Positions 11,015 to 20,381 are shown, counted from the stretch's first letter. The stretch is 64,000 bases of DNA from a virus (IMGVR_UViG_2636415849_000003:16149-80148), one strand, 5' to 3'. The notes: a model not told the origin generated them from the sequence alone. Translations and numbers: made by a program.

Positions 11015-11406
11015 TTTTTGACCACCGTTACATCCAGGCCCAGCAGAGCCTTCATCAGGTGGCGCTTGATCTTGAATTCAGGGGTCTCCACGCCCTTCAC
11101 ATCCTCGATCACTTCAATGCCCTTCTCCAGGTACACGAAGTCAGCGATGTAGCGAATGGCGGGGCGTGCGCGCGCAGCGCCAGCAAACTTGACCGATGGG
11201 ACCATCTCGAACACCACCTGCCTGCGCAGATCGCTGATATGGCCGCCGCGCTGCAGCATTTGCAGGTGGGACCATCGATTCAGCTCGGCCAAGCTGTCGA
11301 ATTTGGTGCCATCCCCCGCCACGATCTTCTTGTTTCGGTACTTGGAGCCCGATGCATTCGGAACCAGCTTCAACGCATAGCCTGTCAATTTCATTGCCTT
11401 GCTCAT
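11011..11406 (-). CDS. DUF1064-family PD-(D/E)XK nuclease
   Basis: SKYRNKK..FDSLAE..YIADFVY..IEDVKG. Confidence 0.88.
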   Translation of the reverse strand: MSKAMKLTGYALKLVPNASGSKYRNKKIVAGDGTKFDSLAELNRWSHLQMLQRGGHISDLRRQVVFEMVPSVKFAGAARARPAIRYIADFVYLEKGIEVIEDVKGVETPEFKIKRHLMKALLGLDVTVVKK

Positions 11407-11969
11407 GCAGCCGCACCCCGCTGGTTCATGCCCAGGGTCTCCATGGCGGCCATGCGCGTGTGGCGCGTTACCGTCTGATCACCATGATTGATACGCGCAA
11501 CGATCTTTCGAGCCCAGTCCTTGTCGTCGCCCTTGAGCTCGAACGGTACGTCCAGCAGGCGCTCCACCTTGGGCGCAGGCAGCGCCAGCAGGCCGCTCTC
11601 TTCAAAGTAGGTCTTACGGGGCGTCAGGGCCTCGCAGACCTTTTCAAACTGGGGGAGGCTCGGCGGAAACTCCGGGCATTCGCGCTTGATGTTCTGGAAA
11701 GCTGCCTCGATCACGTCATCCGTGAACTTCGCCAAGTCCGCATCCCAAACCAGCTGCGCAGCCCGCACCCCTTTGTCCTCACGGCGTTCGTTCAGCTCGC
11801 CGCTGCTGAACTTGGCCAGGAATGCTGTGCCGTAGGCGCCCTGCAGCACCACAAACAGCTTGCGGATGCGCTGCGATGCTTCGGGGCGCGGCGCCAGATG
11901 GCCTTGCTGCTGTCCGGCGCTGTGCACGGCACGAGATGCCAGGCTGGAGATTTCGTGGCTGCTTCTCAT
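11403..11969 (-). CDS. Replication protein P-like helicase loader
   Basis: Follows initiator; FPPSLPQFEKVC motif. Confidence 0.6.
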   Translation of the reverse strand: MRSSHEISSLASRAVHSAGQQQGHLAPRPEASQRIRKLFVVLQGAYGTAFLAKFSSGELNERREDKGVRAAQLVWDADLAKFTDDVIEAAFQNIKRECPEFPPSLPQFEKVCEALTPRKTYFEESGLLALPAPKVERLLDVPFELKGDDKDWARKIVARINHGDQTVTRHTRMAAMETLGMNQRGAAA

Positions 11970-12817
11970 AGCTCAATCCCTTCAAAGATGGCCTTGCCGG
12001 CGCCGGCGTATTTGCCGGCTGCTGCGGACGCAGGAGCCATGGATGGACGGCGCGCTGCGGGCATTTCGGTAGCGCGGCGAATCCAGTTGCGCCAGGTAGC
12101 GCCCCAGTCGGCCTTGCGTCCGTCCTTGCCGGCCTTGGCGCGCCAGTGGTCGGCAAACATCGCAGCCTGGCGGCGCACCTCTTCCTCGGTCAAGCCGGCA
12201 TGTTCGGCAATGGCCCAGTCACCCCAGCTCTTGGGCAGCTTCCAGTCTTCGGGCAAGCGTGTTCCTGTCGCAGTCCTACCCCTTCCCTTGGCCGCTTCTT
12301 GCTGAGCCGGAGGCGAAGTGTCACGGTCAGCAGCACCTACAGCCTTTGAATAGGTAACTGTCTCTTCTTTATCTGTATCTATATCTGTATCTGTACGCGT
12401 GACATCCGTACCTGTCACGCGTGACTTGTCCGTGACCTCATCGTGACCACCCTCTTCTCCCTCTGAAGCAGCGTCTTTTTTGCGCTGGCGCTGGCGGCGT
12501 TTGCGCTCTGCTGCAGTGGTGTCGGTATCACTGCGCATCTGCAAAGTGGCCCACTTGGAGGGCTGCAGGGTGGCCTGTTCGATCAGCCCAACTTCTGCAA
12601 GGCGGCGGGCCACCTCTTCCAGGCTGCGCACATCCAGACCCAGCTTCACGGCCACCTTGCGCATCAGCAGCGCAGGTGCATCGCCCTTGTCCAGCAGACC
12701 CTCGCCCTTGAGGCACAGCAGGGCCACAAAGTGCCACCGGTCTTCAAAGGCCAGCAGCTTGAGCTTGTCGTCATCGACCATCCGTGTATAGGTGCGGAAC
12801 CATGGGAGCTTGCTCAT
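11966..12817 (-). CDS. Replication initiator (O-like)
   Basis: PWFRTY N-terminus, AERKRRQR, GTRLPEDW..DWGATWRNWIRR; internal iterons. Confidence 0.8.
   Translation of the reverse strand: MSKLPWFRTYTRMVDDDKLKLLAFEDRWHFVALLCLKGEGLLDKGDAPALLMRKVAVKLGLDVRSLEEVARRLAEVGLIEQATLQPSKWATLQMRSDTDTTAAERKRRQRQRKKDAASEGEEGGHDEVTDKSRVTGTDVTRTDTDIDTDKEETVTYSKAVGAADRDTSPPAQQEAAKGRGRTATGTRLPEDWKLPKSWGDWAIAEHAGLTEEEVRRQAAMFADHWRAKAGKDGRKADWGATWRNWIRRATEMPAARRPSMAPASAAAGKYAGAGKAIFEGIEL
12361..12450. repeat. Putative replication origin of prophage 1
   Basis: Several CGTGAC/GTCACG repeats next to AT-rich TATCTG repeats inside the initiator gene. Confidence 0.65.
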
Positions 12818-13545
12818 GCCGTCACCTCGCTGCTCATCTTCTCGCGCACCTGGTGCTGGCACCACAGGCCGGCAATCCACTCCACCCCCTTGGCGGTGAA
12901 CTTGTAGTGGACGAAGGCGTGCGAGGTCTCGCCATGCTCAGCCGTGCCCGTCTTGGCTTCAAAGCGGCCGTTGTGCATATGCTCAGCACGCGGCGTCAGC
13001 GGCCCCTGTGGCGTGGTGCGGTACATCAGTCCGCGCTTCAGGAGGAAATCAGTGAATGCGTTCAGCTTGGCGCCGAGGAGCTTGCATACCTCACGAACAC
13101 CCATGCTCCCAGTGCCTGGCTGCACGTAGCGATCGACAAATTCCGCCTTGGGCGCGACCAGCGCCAGCCGGGCCTCAGCCTCGATGCGGGCCTGCTCCGA
13201 TGCCATGGCCAGCTTGAGAATGTCCATGCGCGTCATCTGTGCTGGCGCAGGCTGCTGGGCCTCCAGCTCCTGCCAGCGCTTGACCACCTTCATGCGCGCC
13301 ACCGGGTCGTAGCCCAGCAGCAGAGTCAGGCTGGTGTCCTTGTCCAGCTCGTATTGGGGATAGCTCTGCTCGTTCTCGCCCACGTAAGTGCTTGAAAAAC
13401 AAACAGAACGCAATTCTGCGTTTTGCTGAAGCGCGTCCATCATGCTGCGGATGTCGCGCATCACGTCGGCATGGCGCTTGCCCGTCAGCTCCGCAATGTC
13501 GCGGCTGCTCATGGTCAGGGCCGTGGGGGTGGTGATGGCGTTCAT
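12814..13545 (-). CDS. Rha-domain + KilAC/ANT antirepressor-like protein
   Basis: MSSRDIAELTGKRHADVMRDI; APKAEFVDRYV..FTAKGVEWI. Confidence 0.85.
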   Translation of the reverse strand: MNAITTPTALTMSSRDIAELTGKRHADVMRDIRSMMDALQQNAELRSVCFSSTYVGENEQSYPQYELDKDTSLTLLLGYDPVARMKVVKRWQELEAQQPAPAQMTRMDILKLAMASEQARIEAEARLALVAPKAEFVDRYVQPGTGSMGVREVCKLLGAKLNAFTDFLLKRGLMYRTTPQGPLTPRAEHMHNGRFEAKTGTAEHGETSHAFVHYKFTAKGVEWIAGLWCQHQVREKMSSEVTA

Positions 13546-14006
13546 TGAGCGCCTCCTCGGATGGACTGCAGCAACTCGGCCGTGCACTTCATCAGCGCCA
13601 ACAGCAGAGGCTCAAGAGCGCGGCGGTCGTCTGCGCAAAAGTGGCCGTCCTGAGCTCGGGGAGAGCCTTCTGCCAGGGACTTGCTGGCAGTGCTGACCAG
13701 CTCCATAAACAGGCGAATGGAGTCAGAGGGGCTACGGTCCTCCATCTGGAAGTCCATAGGCACCTGCCCGACGAGATGGGCTAAAGCAAAGACCGCGCGG
13801 CGGGCCTGCGCCAGCACGATGATTTCCATCACAACACCAAATGAGGGCGGCGCCGCTTCATGGTCAGGGTTGATGCCGTTGGCCAGGGTATTGCCGTTCA
13901 GGCCGGCAATTTCTGCCAGCGCGCGAATGCCGCCTGGGTACTCCTTAGCGTCGGCCTGGAGCGCCAGAAACAGAGCGCGATGGGTTTGCTTAATGGTTCT
14001 ACGCAT
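13542..14006 (-). CDS. CII-like regulatory protein
   Basis: YPGGIRALA..NTLANGINP; position after cro. Confidence 0.7.
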   Translation of the reverse strand: MRRTIKQTHRALFLALQADAKEYPGGIRALAEIAGLNGNTLANGINPDHEAAPPSFGVVMEIIVLAQARRAVFALAHLVGQVPMDFQMEDRSPSDSIRLFMELVSTASKSLAEGSPRAQDGHFCADDRRALEPLLLALMKCTAELLQSIRGGAQ

Positions 14007-14168
14007 AGCGAATGCCTCGTGAGATTCGCCTACCGCTGATGCGGCAGAGGTTGGACACTGGCTGCATGAAAACGAAAACAGGCCAGAAGAGAGGAAAAGG
14101 TGCCCGCCGCACCCTGGGCTATGCTGGGAGCTCCTACACAACCAGCGCCAGAGAGGGCGAACGACAAA

Positions 14169-14633
14169 ATGGACTGGACAGCTATCGGAGGCATAACTGC
14201 TTCAATCTCCGCTGCTCGCGATATCGCCAAGGGATTGAGTGCATCCCGCGATGCCTCCCTCATCAACGAAAAGACCTCGGCCCTGCTGGAGCAATTGCTC
14301 AAGGCCCAGGAGGGACTTCTCGCTCACAACACCGCTCTTTTGCAGCTCCAGGACGAGCATTTCAAAGCCAGCGAGAAACTGCGAAAACTGGAAGAAGCCG
14401 CTCGCGAGCGTGGTCGTTACTCGCTCATCGAACTCACCCCCGGCAACTTCGCGTATCGAGTGAACATCACCCCAGAGCAAAGCAGGACCAGCGAGCCAGG
14501 AGCCGCGGAGCCGCTGCACCACCTGTGTCAGCCGTGCTTCGACAACGGGAGAAAGGTTGCACTGAACTATCGAAACCTCCACATCAGGGGCGAGGTCTGG
14601 ACGTGCAGCGTCTGCCGCGCGGAGATCGACTGA
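14169..14633 (+). CDS. Hypothetical moron, coiled coil plus C-terminal Zn ribbon
   Basis: CQPCF..CSVC; antisense to the early operon, convergent with cro. Confidence 0.75.
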   Translation: MDWTAIGGITASISAARDIAKGLSASRDASLINEKTSALLEQLLKAQEGLLAHNTALLQLQDEHFKASEKLRKLEEAARERGRYSLIELTPGNFAYRVNITPEQSRTSEPGAAEPLHHLCQPCFDNGRKVALNYRNLHIRGEVWTCSVCRAEID

Positions 14634-14635
14634 CA

Positions 14636-14872
14636 TCACTCCACCTCCTTTGCAGAGGTGGATGGCTGGGCCAGCTCTTGGCTGCTTTGGGGTTGTGTGG
14701 TGGTGGCAGCCATAGCGCGGCGCTCGTCAGTGATCCACTGGTGGTCTCGCTCCACATGCGCAGAAATGCCGCGATCCTTCCAGTTCTGAACACGTTGAAC
14801 AGAGAAGCCGAGGCGCTCCGCAAATTTGGATGCGCCGCCGAGCCAGGCAATGAGTTGAGCGTCTTGATGCAT
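14636..14872 (-). CDS. Cro-like HTH protein
   Basis: LGGASKFAERLGFSVQRVQNWKDRGI; divergent from cI. Confidence 0.8.
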   Translation of the reverse strand: MHQDAQLIAWLGGASKFAERLGFSVQRVQNWKDRGISAHVERDHQWITDERRAMAATTTQPQSSQELAQPSTSAKEVE

Positions 14873-14880
14873 AAACAAAT

Positions 14881-14934
14881 TACACATCACGTTTAAACAA
14901 AAGTCAAACAACGCGTTTAACAACGTTTTGTTTA
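14881..14934. promoter_or_regulatory. OR operators of prophage 1 (three 15-bp sites)
   Basis: TACACatcacGTTTA 14881, CAAACaacgcGTTTA 14905, ACAACgttttGTTTA 14920; consensus TAAAC-N5-GTTTA. Confidence 0.75.
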
Positions 14935-14954
14935 GTAAACGGAAAATCAAGCCA

Positions 14955-15647
14955 ATGCACCCATCCCTCGAACGCCTCTACCAAGCCGCAATGCAAGTGC
15001 GCGGAATCAGTGGCCAATCTGCCGTTGCCCGCTTGCTCAATGAATCGCCCCAGACAGTGAAAAACTGGGAAACACGCGGCGTTTCACGGTCGGGCGCATT
15101 GACAGCCGAGGTCGCACTGGGTGTGCGTGCGGCTTGGCTACTGTCAGGCGAAGGGGAAATGATTTACGGCGGCGGTGCGCCCGTGCTGATTGAGGCCCAC
15201 GCGCCTGCAAGCCCTGACGACTTGGTGCGAATCCCTTTGCTAGCCAATTGCGGCAGCATGGGCCCGGGCAATGATGTGCTGGACACCGATTACGTGGTGG
15301 GAGGCTTATCGCTGTCGGCTCACTGGATTAACCAGCAAATCAAGCCAACAAACTTTCAAGAACTGAAGTTCATTCACGCCCATGGAGAAAGCATGTCACC
15401 CACTTTTAGCGATGGGGATGTACTACTCGTGGATGTTGGGTCCCGCGACCCAGCCAGCCATGAGGGCGTCTATGTGCTGGAAGTGCAGGGCAAGTCATAC
15501 ATCAAGCGCGTGCGTATGCGCATGGATGGCTCGCTTGAAGTCAGCTCAGACAATGTGAACATCAAGACCGTTGACGTACTCAACGGCGACCATGAAGTGC
15601 AGGTCAAAGGCCGCGTTGTCTGGGCTTGGAATGGCCGCAAGCTGTAA
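14955..15647 (+). CDS. CI-like repressor (HTH + S24 autopeptidase)
   Basis: QSAVARLLNESPQTVKNWETRG; GESMSPT..DGD..IKRV. Confidence 0.92.
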   Translation: MHPSLERLYQAAMQVRGISGQSAVARLLNESPQTVKNWETRGVSRSGALTAEVALGVRAAWLLSGEGEMIYGGGAPVLIEAHAPASPDDLVRIPLLANCGSMGPGNDVLDTDYVVGGLSLSAHWINQQIKPTNFQELKFIHAHGESMSPTFSDGDVLLVDVGSRDPASHEGVYVLEVQGKSYIKRVRMRMDGSLEVSSDNVNIKTVDVLNGDHEVQVKGRVVWAWNGRKL

Positions 15648-15652
15648 GCGAA

Positions 15653-16411
15653 CTATGCGCTCTTTGGTAGTTTTGCGCAGCAAATAATAACCCGCCCCGT
15701 CGATGAGTAAACACGGGGCAGAAAGTCATCAAGGGACGCAAAACCCAGCGACCGCAGCGCATCAAGGTTCATAACGCAAACGCCCCCTGAGCCGCCAATT
15801 GAAGAAGGCGCGCTGATGTGCACATCACCATTTCGTTCAGCAAGCCACACATCCAGCACTGCGCCCGGATAGCAGCGATCCACGGTTTCCTCATCAACAT
15901 CGGCAGCAATGATGAAGGCGTGACCATCACGAACAAAGCAGTCAACGCGTAAACGCGGCGCGAGCATGGAATACCTCAGCCTGGGTGCGACCTTGTCTAT
16001 ATCGCTAGGCGGCTGCGAAAACCTCAGGCTCAGCGAGGCACTGAACTGAGGGCCTTCATCGAAAAGCATTCTTGTCACCCGTAGTGCAGCCGTTGTTACC
16101 GGTGGGTGGTAAATAGCATCGTTTTCGCACACGGCCCTCTTGTATCTGGCTGCTGACGCCTTGCACAGATACCCAATGTGATGCTCAACGCAGAGCACCT
16201 TCACAGCATTCCCGTCATGCGGATTTTCGGGTTCTGGCACAAGTGTTGCAGTCGCAAGGAAGAACTGCTCAAGTTCAGGCTCCCACGCAACGATTCTCTC
16301 CAGCGCTTGGGTGTGATAGCTGACACCCACAACTGACTCACCGTACCCCACCTGCTCAGGCCAATGCGGCACTCGAGCATTCGCCCTTCTTGATTTCTTC
16401 TTGATTTCCAT
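15653..16411 (-). CDS. HIRAN-domain protein (moron)
   Basis: VVGVSYH..LVPEPENPHDGNAVKV..IGYL. Confidence 0.75.
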   Translation of the reverse strand: MEIKKKSRRANARVPHWPEQVGYGESVVGVSYHTQALERIVAWEPELEQFFLATATLVPEPENPHDGNAVKVLCVEHHIGYLCKASAARYKRAVCENDAIYHPPVTTAALRVTRMLFDEGPQFSASLSLRFSQPPSDIDKVAPRLRYSMLAPRLRVDCFVRDGHAFIIAADVDEETVDRCYPGAVLDVWLAERNGDVHISAPSSIGGSGGVCVMNLDALRSLGFASLDDFLPRVYSSTGRVIICCAKLPKSA

Positions 16412-16478
16412 GTCTCCCCTCCCGCACTGCCTGTGCTTGTTGTTTTTCTATTGTGCAGGCAACTCAATAGCAATTATT

Positions 16479-16529
16479 TACACAACTTGTTTAAACAAAC
16501 TGTTGACCAGAATATAAACGCAATGTTTA
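16479..16529. promoter_or_regulatory. OL operators of prophage 1 (three 15-bp sites)
   Basis: TACACaacttGTTTA 16479, TAAACaaactGTTGA 16492, TAAACgcaatGTTTA 16515; same consensus as OR. Confidence 0.75.
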
Positions 16530-16841
16530 AATACATTCATCGCGAAACAACAAAGCAGCTCCCGATGGAGCGCAGCAGGAGTTGCAGACGCGATGGGTGC
16601 CAAGCGATCGAGCCGAGTGCCACGGGTCTTTAAAAAGCCAAGCACTCACCGTGAGCAATCGGGCACCAGCTCGCCAAAGAGCGAGATTCAAGGGGCAATT
16701 TGCTTGAGGGATCGCGTCACCAAGAGAAGCAAGACGCCAATCAAGCAGCCGCGCGCTGCGAAGGAGAACACATGCGAGATGAATAGGCCGGACGACCCGG
16801 CCCACCACTCAAAACACTCGCCACCCCTGGGCGATACCAGG

Positions 16842-16953
16842 GCCATCCGGCGTGACCACTCGAGCAGGTACGGCAGTTCAGGAATGGGCCTGGGCTGGCG
16901 GCAGTTAGGAACGCGGCGCTTGCGTCGTGGCGACAGTGGTCACACCAGATGGC
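16842..16953. ncRNA. Candidate structured RNA A (copy 1)
   Basis: 19-bp terminal inverted repeat; homologous element at 57122-57249. Confidence 0.5.
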
Positions 16954-17032
16954 TCTACCCCTTTGGTGTAAGACGAGCTCCTATTGATCGCCCGAAAAGC
17001 ATCATGCAGAATTCGACGCCATCTACCTGTTA

Positions 17033-17148
17033 CGCCGGGTCTGGGGTTAACTCCTCCCTCCCTTTCTGACCTCTTCCCCAGGCATGGCCCGAAAGGGTCA
17101 CCGGCTCTTTATTCAAGCCCGCAGCAACCACTCGCGGGCTTTTTCTTT
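17033..17148 (+). ncRNA. Candidate anti-SD sRNA B (copy 1)
   Basis: Three-way junction with CTCCTCCCTCC loop, then terminator; homologue at 57257-57366. Confidence 0.55.
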
Positions 17149-17177
17149 GCCCAAACCACCCTCCACAGGAGAAACCA

Positions 17178-17903
17178 ATGGAAATCAAGATCGCTTTGGA
17201 TTTGCCCAGCATCATTGCCCAGGCTGTCAGTGCCGAACGCATCCAGCCCATCGTTGACAAAGCTGTCAGCGACGCGGTCAAAAGCGCCATTGACGATGCA
17301 ACAGGCTACCGCAGCGCGTTCCGCACAGCGCTGAAAGATCAGCTTTCAACAGCAATGCCGCACGGACTGGCGCTGGATGATGTAGCCAAGTTCCAGAACA
17401 TCCTGAATGGAGCCATCAACAAGCTGACTCAGGAGTGCAACGCCAGCGCTGTTCACACGGCAATCGAGAATGCTGTCAAAGAGGTGATGCCCGACGTGCC
17501 GGCTGTCATCAAAATGAGCGAGCTGCTCAAAGAGGCGCGCAGTGGACTGCACAAGGAAGAACATGAAGCCTTCTACGCCTACTTTGAGCCAAACGAGTAC
17601 AGCAGCGGCGGTGGCCTTCTGTTCTTGGACGAGGATGTGAACCCCGGCAGCAGCGGATATTCGGGCACCAGGCGAAGCCGCGAAGATCAAAAGTACAGCG
17701 CAAGCCTACGGCTGGCATTCAACGGTGAAGGCGAGGTGTACGCGCTACGCCTGGATGGCAAGGACGTCACACCGAAAAGCCGCCCAGACATCATTGGCCG
17801 CTTCGATTCAATTCTGATGGCCATGTACGTTGGCCGCACCCGCATCGAGGTGGACATGGATGACGACGACGTCGAAAACGCTGCCAGTGAGCAATGGGAA
17901 TGA
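17178..17903 (+). CDS. Hypothetical early phage protein
   Basis: AGGAG RBS; 241-aa ORF. Confidence 0.8.
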   Translation: MEIKIALDLPSIIAQAVSAERIQPIVDKAVSDAVKSAIDDATGYRSAFRTALKDQLSTAMPHGLALDDVAKFQNILNGAINKLTQECNASAVHTAIENAVKEVMPDVPAVIKMSELLKEARSGLHKEEHEAFYAYFEPNEYSSGGGLLFLDEDVNPGSSGYSGTRRSREDQKYSASLRLAFNGEGEVYALRLDGKDVTPKSRPDIIGRFDSILMAMYVGRTRIEVDMDDDDVENAASEQWE

Positions 17904-18031
17904 GGGCTACGGAATGGGCGCTCACCAGCCTCGGCCTGTTCTGCCTGGTCGGGGCGGTCGTAGTGATCGCACTCACGCCAGAAGCCTGGCCCCTCTGAGC
18001 ATTCAGCTTTGATAGCTAAAAGGAGATCCTC

Positions 18032-18229
18032 ATGCTGAAGACGATTGTTGACTCTCTGCTGGTCATCGTTGGCGCCCTACTTCTCGCAGCCTGGCTGTCC
18101 GCGCCCGATGCCCAAGCCGACGAACCCCAAAGCATCACACAGAGCCTGCGCGACGAGTTCGCCTGTCCGGGCATGCATGCCGAGTGGCTGGACGACAAGA
18201 CTGTGCAATGCCTGAAAGAGCTGCCGTGA
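18032..18229 (+). CDS. Small membrane/secreted hypothetical protein
   Basis: AAGGAG RBS; N-terminal hydrophobic helix. Confidence 0.7.
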   Translation: MLKTIVDSLLVIVGALLLAAWLSAPDAQADEPQSITQSLRDEFACPGMHAEWLDDKTVQCLKELP

Positions 18230-18293
18230 CTGCAGCGCCCACCTCCACCCAATCCGCCACCGCACCGGTGGCTTTCTCTTTTCTGGAGTCCTG

Positions 18294-19229
18294 ATGTTCA
18301 AGAACATGATCATTTACCGCTATGCCGAAAGCTGGCAAAGCGATCTGCAGGCGCTGGAAGATGCGCTGCAGAAGACAGTCTTCGAGGAATGCGGCGCCAC
18401 GCAGGAGCGCTCCATGGGCTGGGTGCCGCCGCGCGGCGAGCCCCATGGCCCGATGGTCGAATCCGTGGCAGGTCAATGGGTGATGCGTTTCATGACCGAG
18501 GCCAAGGTGCTGCCGGCCAGCGTGCTCAATCGCAGGGTCAACGAGAAGGCCGATCACATCGAAAAGACCGATGGCCGCAAGCCCGGCAAGAAGGAAAAGC
18601 GTGACCTCAAGGACGAGGCCAAGCTGGATCTGCTGCCCATGGCCTTCACCAAGCAAGGCAGCATGTGGGTCTGGATCGACCCGCAGGCGCGCACCCTGGT
18701 GCTTGATACCAGTGCCCAGAGCCGCGCCGACGAGGTGGTAACGCTGCTGGTCGAGGGCCTAACCGGCTTTGCCCTGGCCCTGCTGGACACACAAACCAGC
18801 CCGCAGGCCGCCATGGCGCATTGGCTGATGACCCAGGAACCGCCCGCCGGATTCAGCGCCGACCGCGAAACGGAGCTGAAAGCATGCGACGAGTCCAAGG
18901 CCGTGGTGCGCTACGCCCGCCACCCGCTGGACATTGATGAGGTACGCAAGCACATCGAGCAAGGAAAGCTGCCCACCAAGCTGGCCATGACCTGGGACGA
19001 CCGGGTGAGTTTCGTGCTGACCGAAGGCTTGCAGATCAAGAACATCGCGCTGCTGGATGCGGTCATGGACGGCAACAGCAAGGATGACAGCGGCTTTGAT
19101 ACCGATGTAGCCATTGCCACCGGCGAGCTGTCGCGCCTGATTCCGGATCTGATCGAAGCGCTGGGCGGCGAAGGCCGAACCGCGCTGGGCGACCTGCCCG
19201 CCTCGCTGGCTACCAGCGCCAGCAACTGA
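18294..19229 (+). CDS. rdgC: Recombination-associated protein RdgC
   Basis: MFKNMIIYR..SMGWVPPRG..KVLPASV..KLAMTWDDRVSFVLTE. Confidence 0.93.
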   Translation: MFKNMIIYRYAESWQSDLQALEDALQKTVFEECGATQERSMGWVPPRGEPHGPMVESVAGQWVMRFMTEAKVLPASVLNRRVNEKADHIEKTDGRKPGKKEKRDLKDEAKLDLLPMAFTKQGSMWVWIDPQARTLVLDTSAQSRADEVVTLLVEGLTGFALALLDTQTSPQAAMAHWLMTQEPPAGFSADRETELKACDESKAVVRYARHPLDIDEVRKHIEQGKLPTKLAMTWDDRVSFVLTEGLQIKNIALLDAVMDGNSKDDSGFDTDVAIATGELSRLIPDLIEALGGEGRTALGDLPASLATSASN

Positions 19230-19328
19230 GCACCTATTCATAGATTTGCATGAATCGGGCCGCGCACCCACATCAATGAATCGTCTGCCCGCCACTGCGT
19301 GGGCTTTTTTCGTCCAAAGGAGAACCCC

Positions 19329-19916
19329 GTGCAGATTCACACACAGAACGTCATCATCCTTCCACCGGCCGCAACTGCTGATGCCATGGCAAGCATGGAG
19401 CGACTCATGCAAAGCATTGGCCGCGCCGAAGCCCCTGCGGTCGCAGCTCAGCCAGGCTGCAAGCCCCAGATTGGCGACTACTGGCCCAACCAAGGCGGCT
19501 TCTACGCCGGCGACATGCGCAGCGATGACGGAACGATCTATGGACTGATCGTTGCCGATTGCGGCGACTCCAAAGACGCCGGCTCTGCCAAGTGGGGCCC
19601 GGATGGCGAACGAGACCTGTCCCACTGGGATGGCCTGGACAACACTCGCCGCCTGGGCAACGAATGCCCTGCCGCAAAGCTGGCGACCGCGCACTCAGCT
19701 GACGAGCACAAGGATTTCTACCTCCCAGCCCGCCGCGAACTGCAGCTGGCAGCCGCCAATGTGCCCCACCTCTTTGGTGATGAGAGCTGGTACTGGAGTA
19801 GCACTCACTACGGCCAGAGCACCGCCTGGGCCGTCGATTTTGAGTACGGAAACACGGACATCTTCAACCGGAACGACGAGTTCCGAGTTCGTCCCGTCCG
19901 CAGATTCATCTACTGA
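19329..19916 (+). CDS. DGR target protein 1 (DUF1566/C-type-lectin-like)
   Basis: GGFYAG, DFYLPARRELQL, WYWSST, AWAVDF..FRVRPVRRF; contains VR1; GTG start after AAGGAG. Confidence 0.88.
   Translation: MQIHTQNVIILPPAATADAMASMERLMQSIGRAEAPAVAAQPGCKPQIGDYWPNQGGFYAGDMRSDDGTIYGLIVADCGDSKDAGSAKWGPDGERDLSHWDGLDNTRRLGNECPAAKLATAHSADEHKDFYLPARRELQLAAANVPHLFGDESWYWSSTHYGQSTAWAVDFEYGNTDIFNRNDEFRVRPVRRFIY
19825..19904 (+). repeat. DGR variable repeat VR1
   Basis: 80-bp ungapped match to TR with 6 mismatches, all at TR adenines. Confidence 0.95.
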
Positions 19917-19958
19917 TCCCTTCAACCCTTCCTTCTCAAACCAACCACGGAGCCATCA

Positions 19959-20360
19959 ATGAGCACCACACCCGCAATCAACCAGCCCTGGCCCGAGCAG
20001 GGCGGAATCTTCATCGGCAGCCGCCTCATCGACGGCCTGGTACACCACGTCGTCATCCCTGGAGGGATTGAGTTCGACCATGCCGACATTCCATTCAGCC
20101 GAGTGGAGCAGGTCGTGGCCGAAGGCGATGAGCTGAACGGCTTCAGCGACTGGCGCGCCCCGGATAAGGAAGATCTGATGCTGGCCTATATCAATAGCCG
20201 CGAGCTCTTCGATACCGGCGACTGGTACTGGTCACGAACTCCGGATGGCGAGCACTGGGCCTGGGCCGTCGATTGTGAGTGCGGGCACACGGACGACAAC
20301 TGCCGGCGCAGCGAGTTCCGAGTTCGTCCCGTCCGCAGCTTTCCCGCTTCAGCGATTTAA
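19959..20360 (+). CDS. DGR target protein 2 (DUF1566/C-type-lectin-like)
   Basis: QGGIFIG, DWRAP..DL, WYWSRT, AWAVD..FRVRPVRSF; contains VR2. Confidence 0.88.
   Translation: MSTTPAINQPWPEQGGIFIGSRLIDGLVHHVVIPGGIEFDHADIPFSRVEQVVAEGDELNGFSDWRAPDKEDLMLAYINSRELFDTGDWYWSRTPDGEHWAWAVDCECGHTDDNCRRSEFRVRPVRSFPASAI
20260..20339 (+). repeat. DGR variable repeat VR2
   Basis: 80-bp ungapped match to TR with 13 mismatches, 12 at TR adenines and one T>G. Confidence 0.95.
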
Positions 20361-20366
20361 CACTTT

Positions 20367-20381
20367 GCGGGCGTAGCCCGC
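20367..20381 (+). other. DGR target-recognition hairpin candidate
   Basis: GCGGGC-GTA-GCCCGC, a GC stem with a 3-nt loop just downstream of VR2. Confidence 0.65.
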
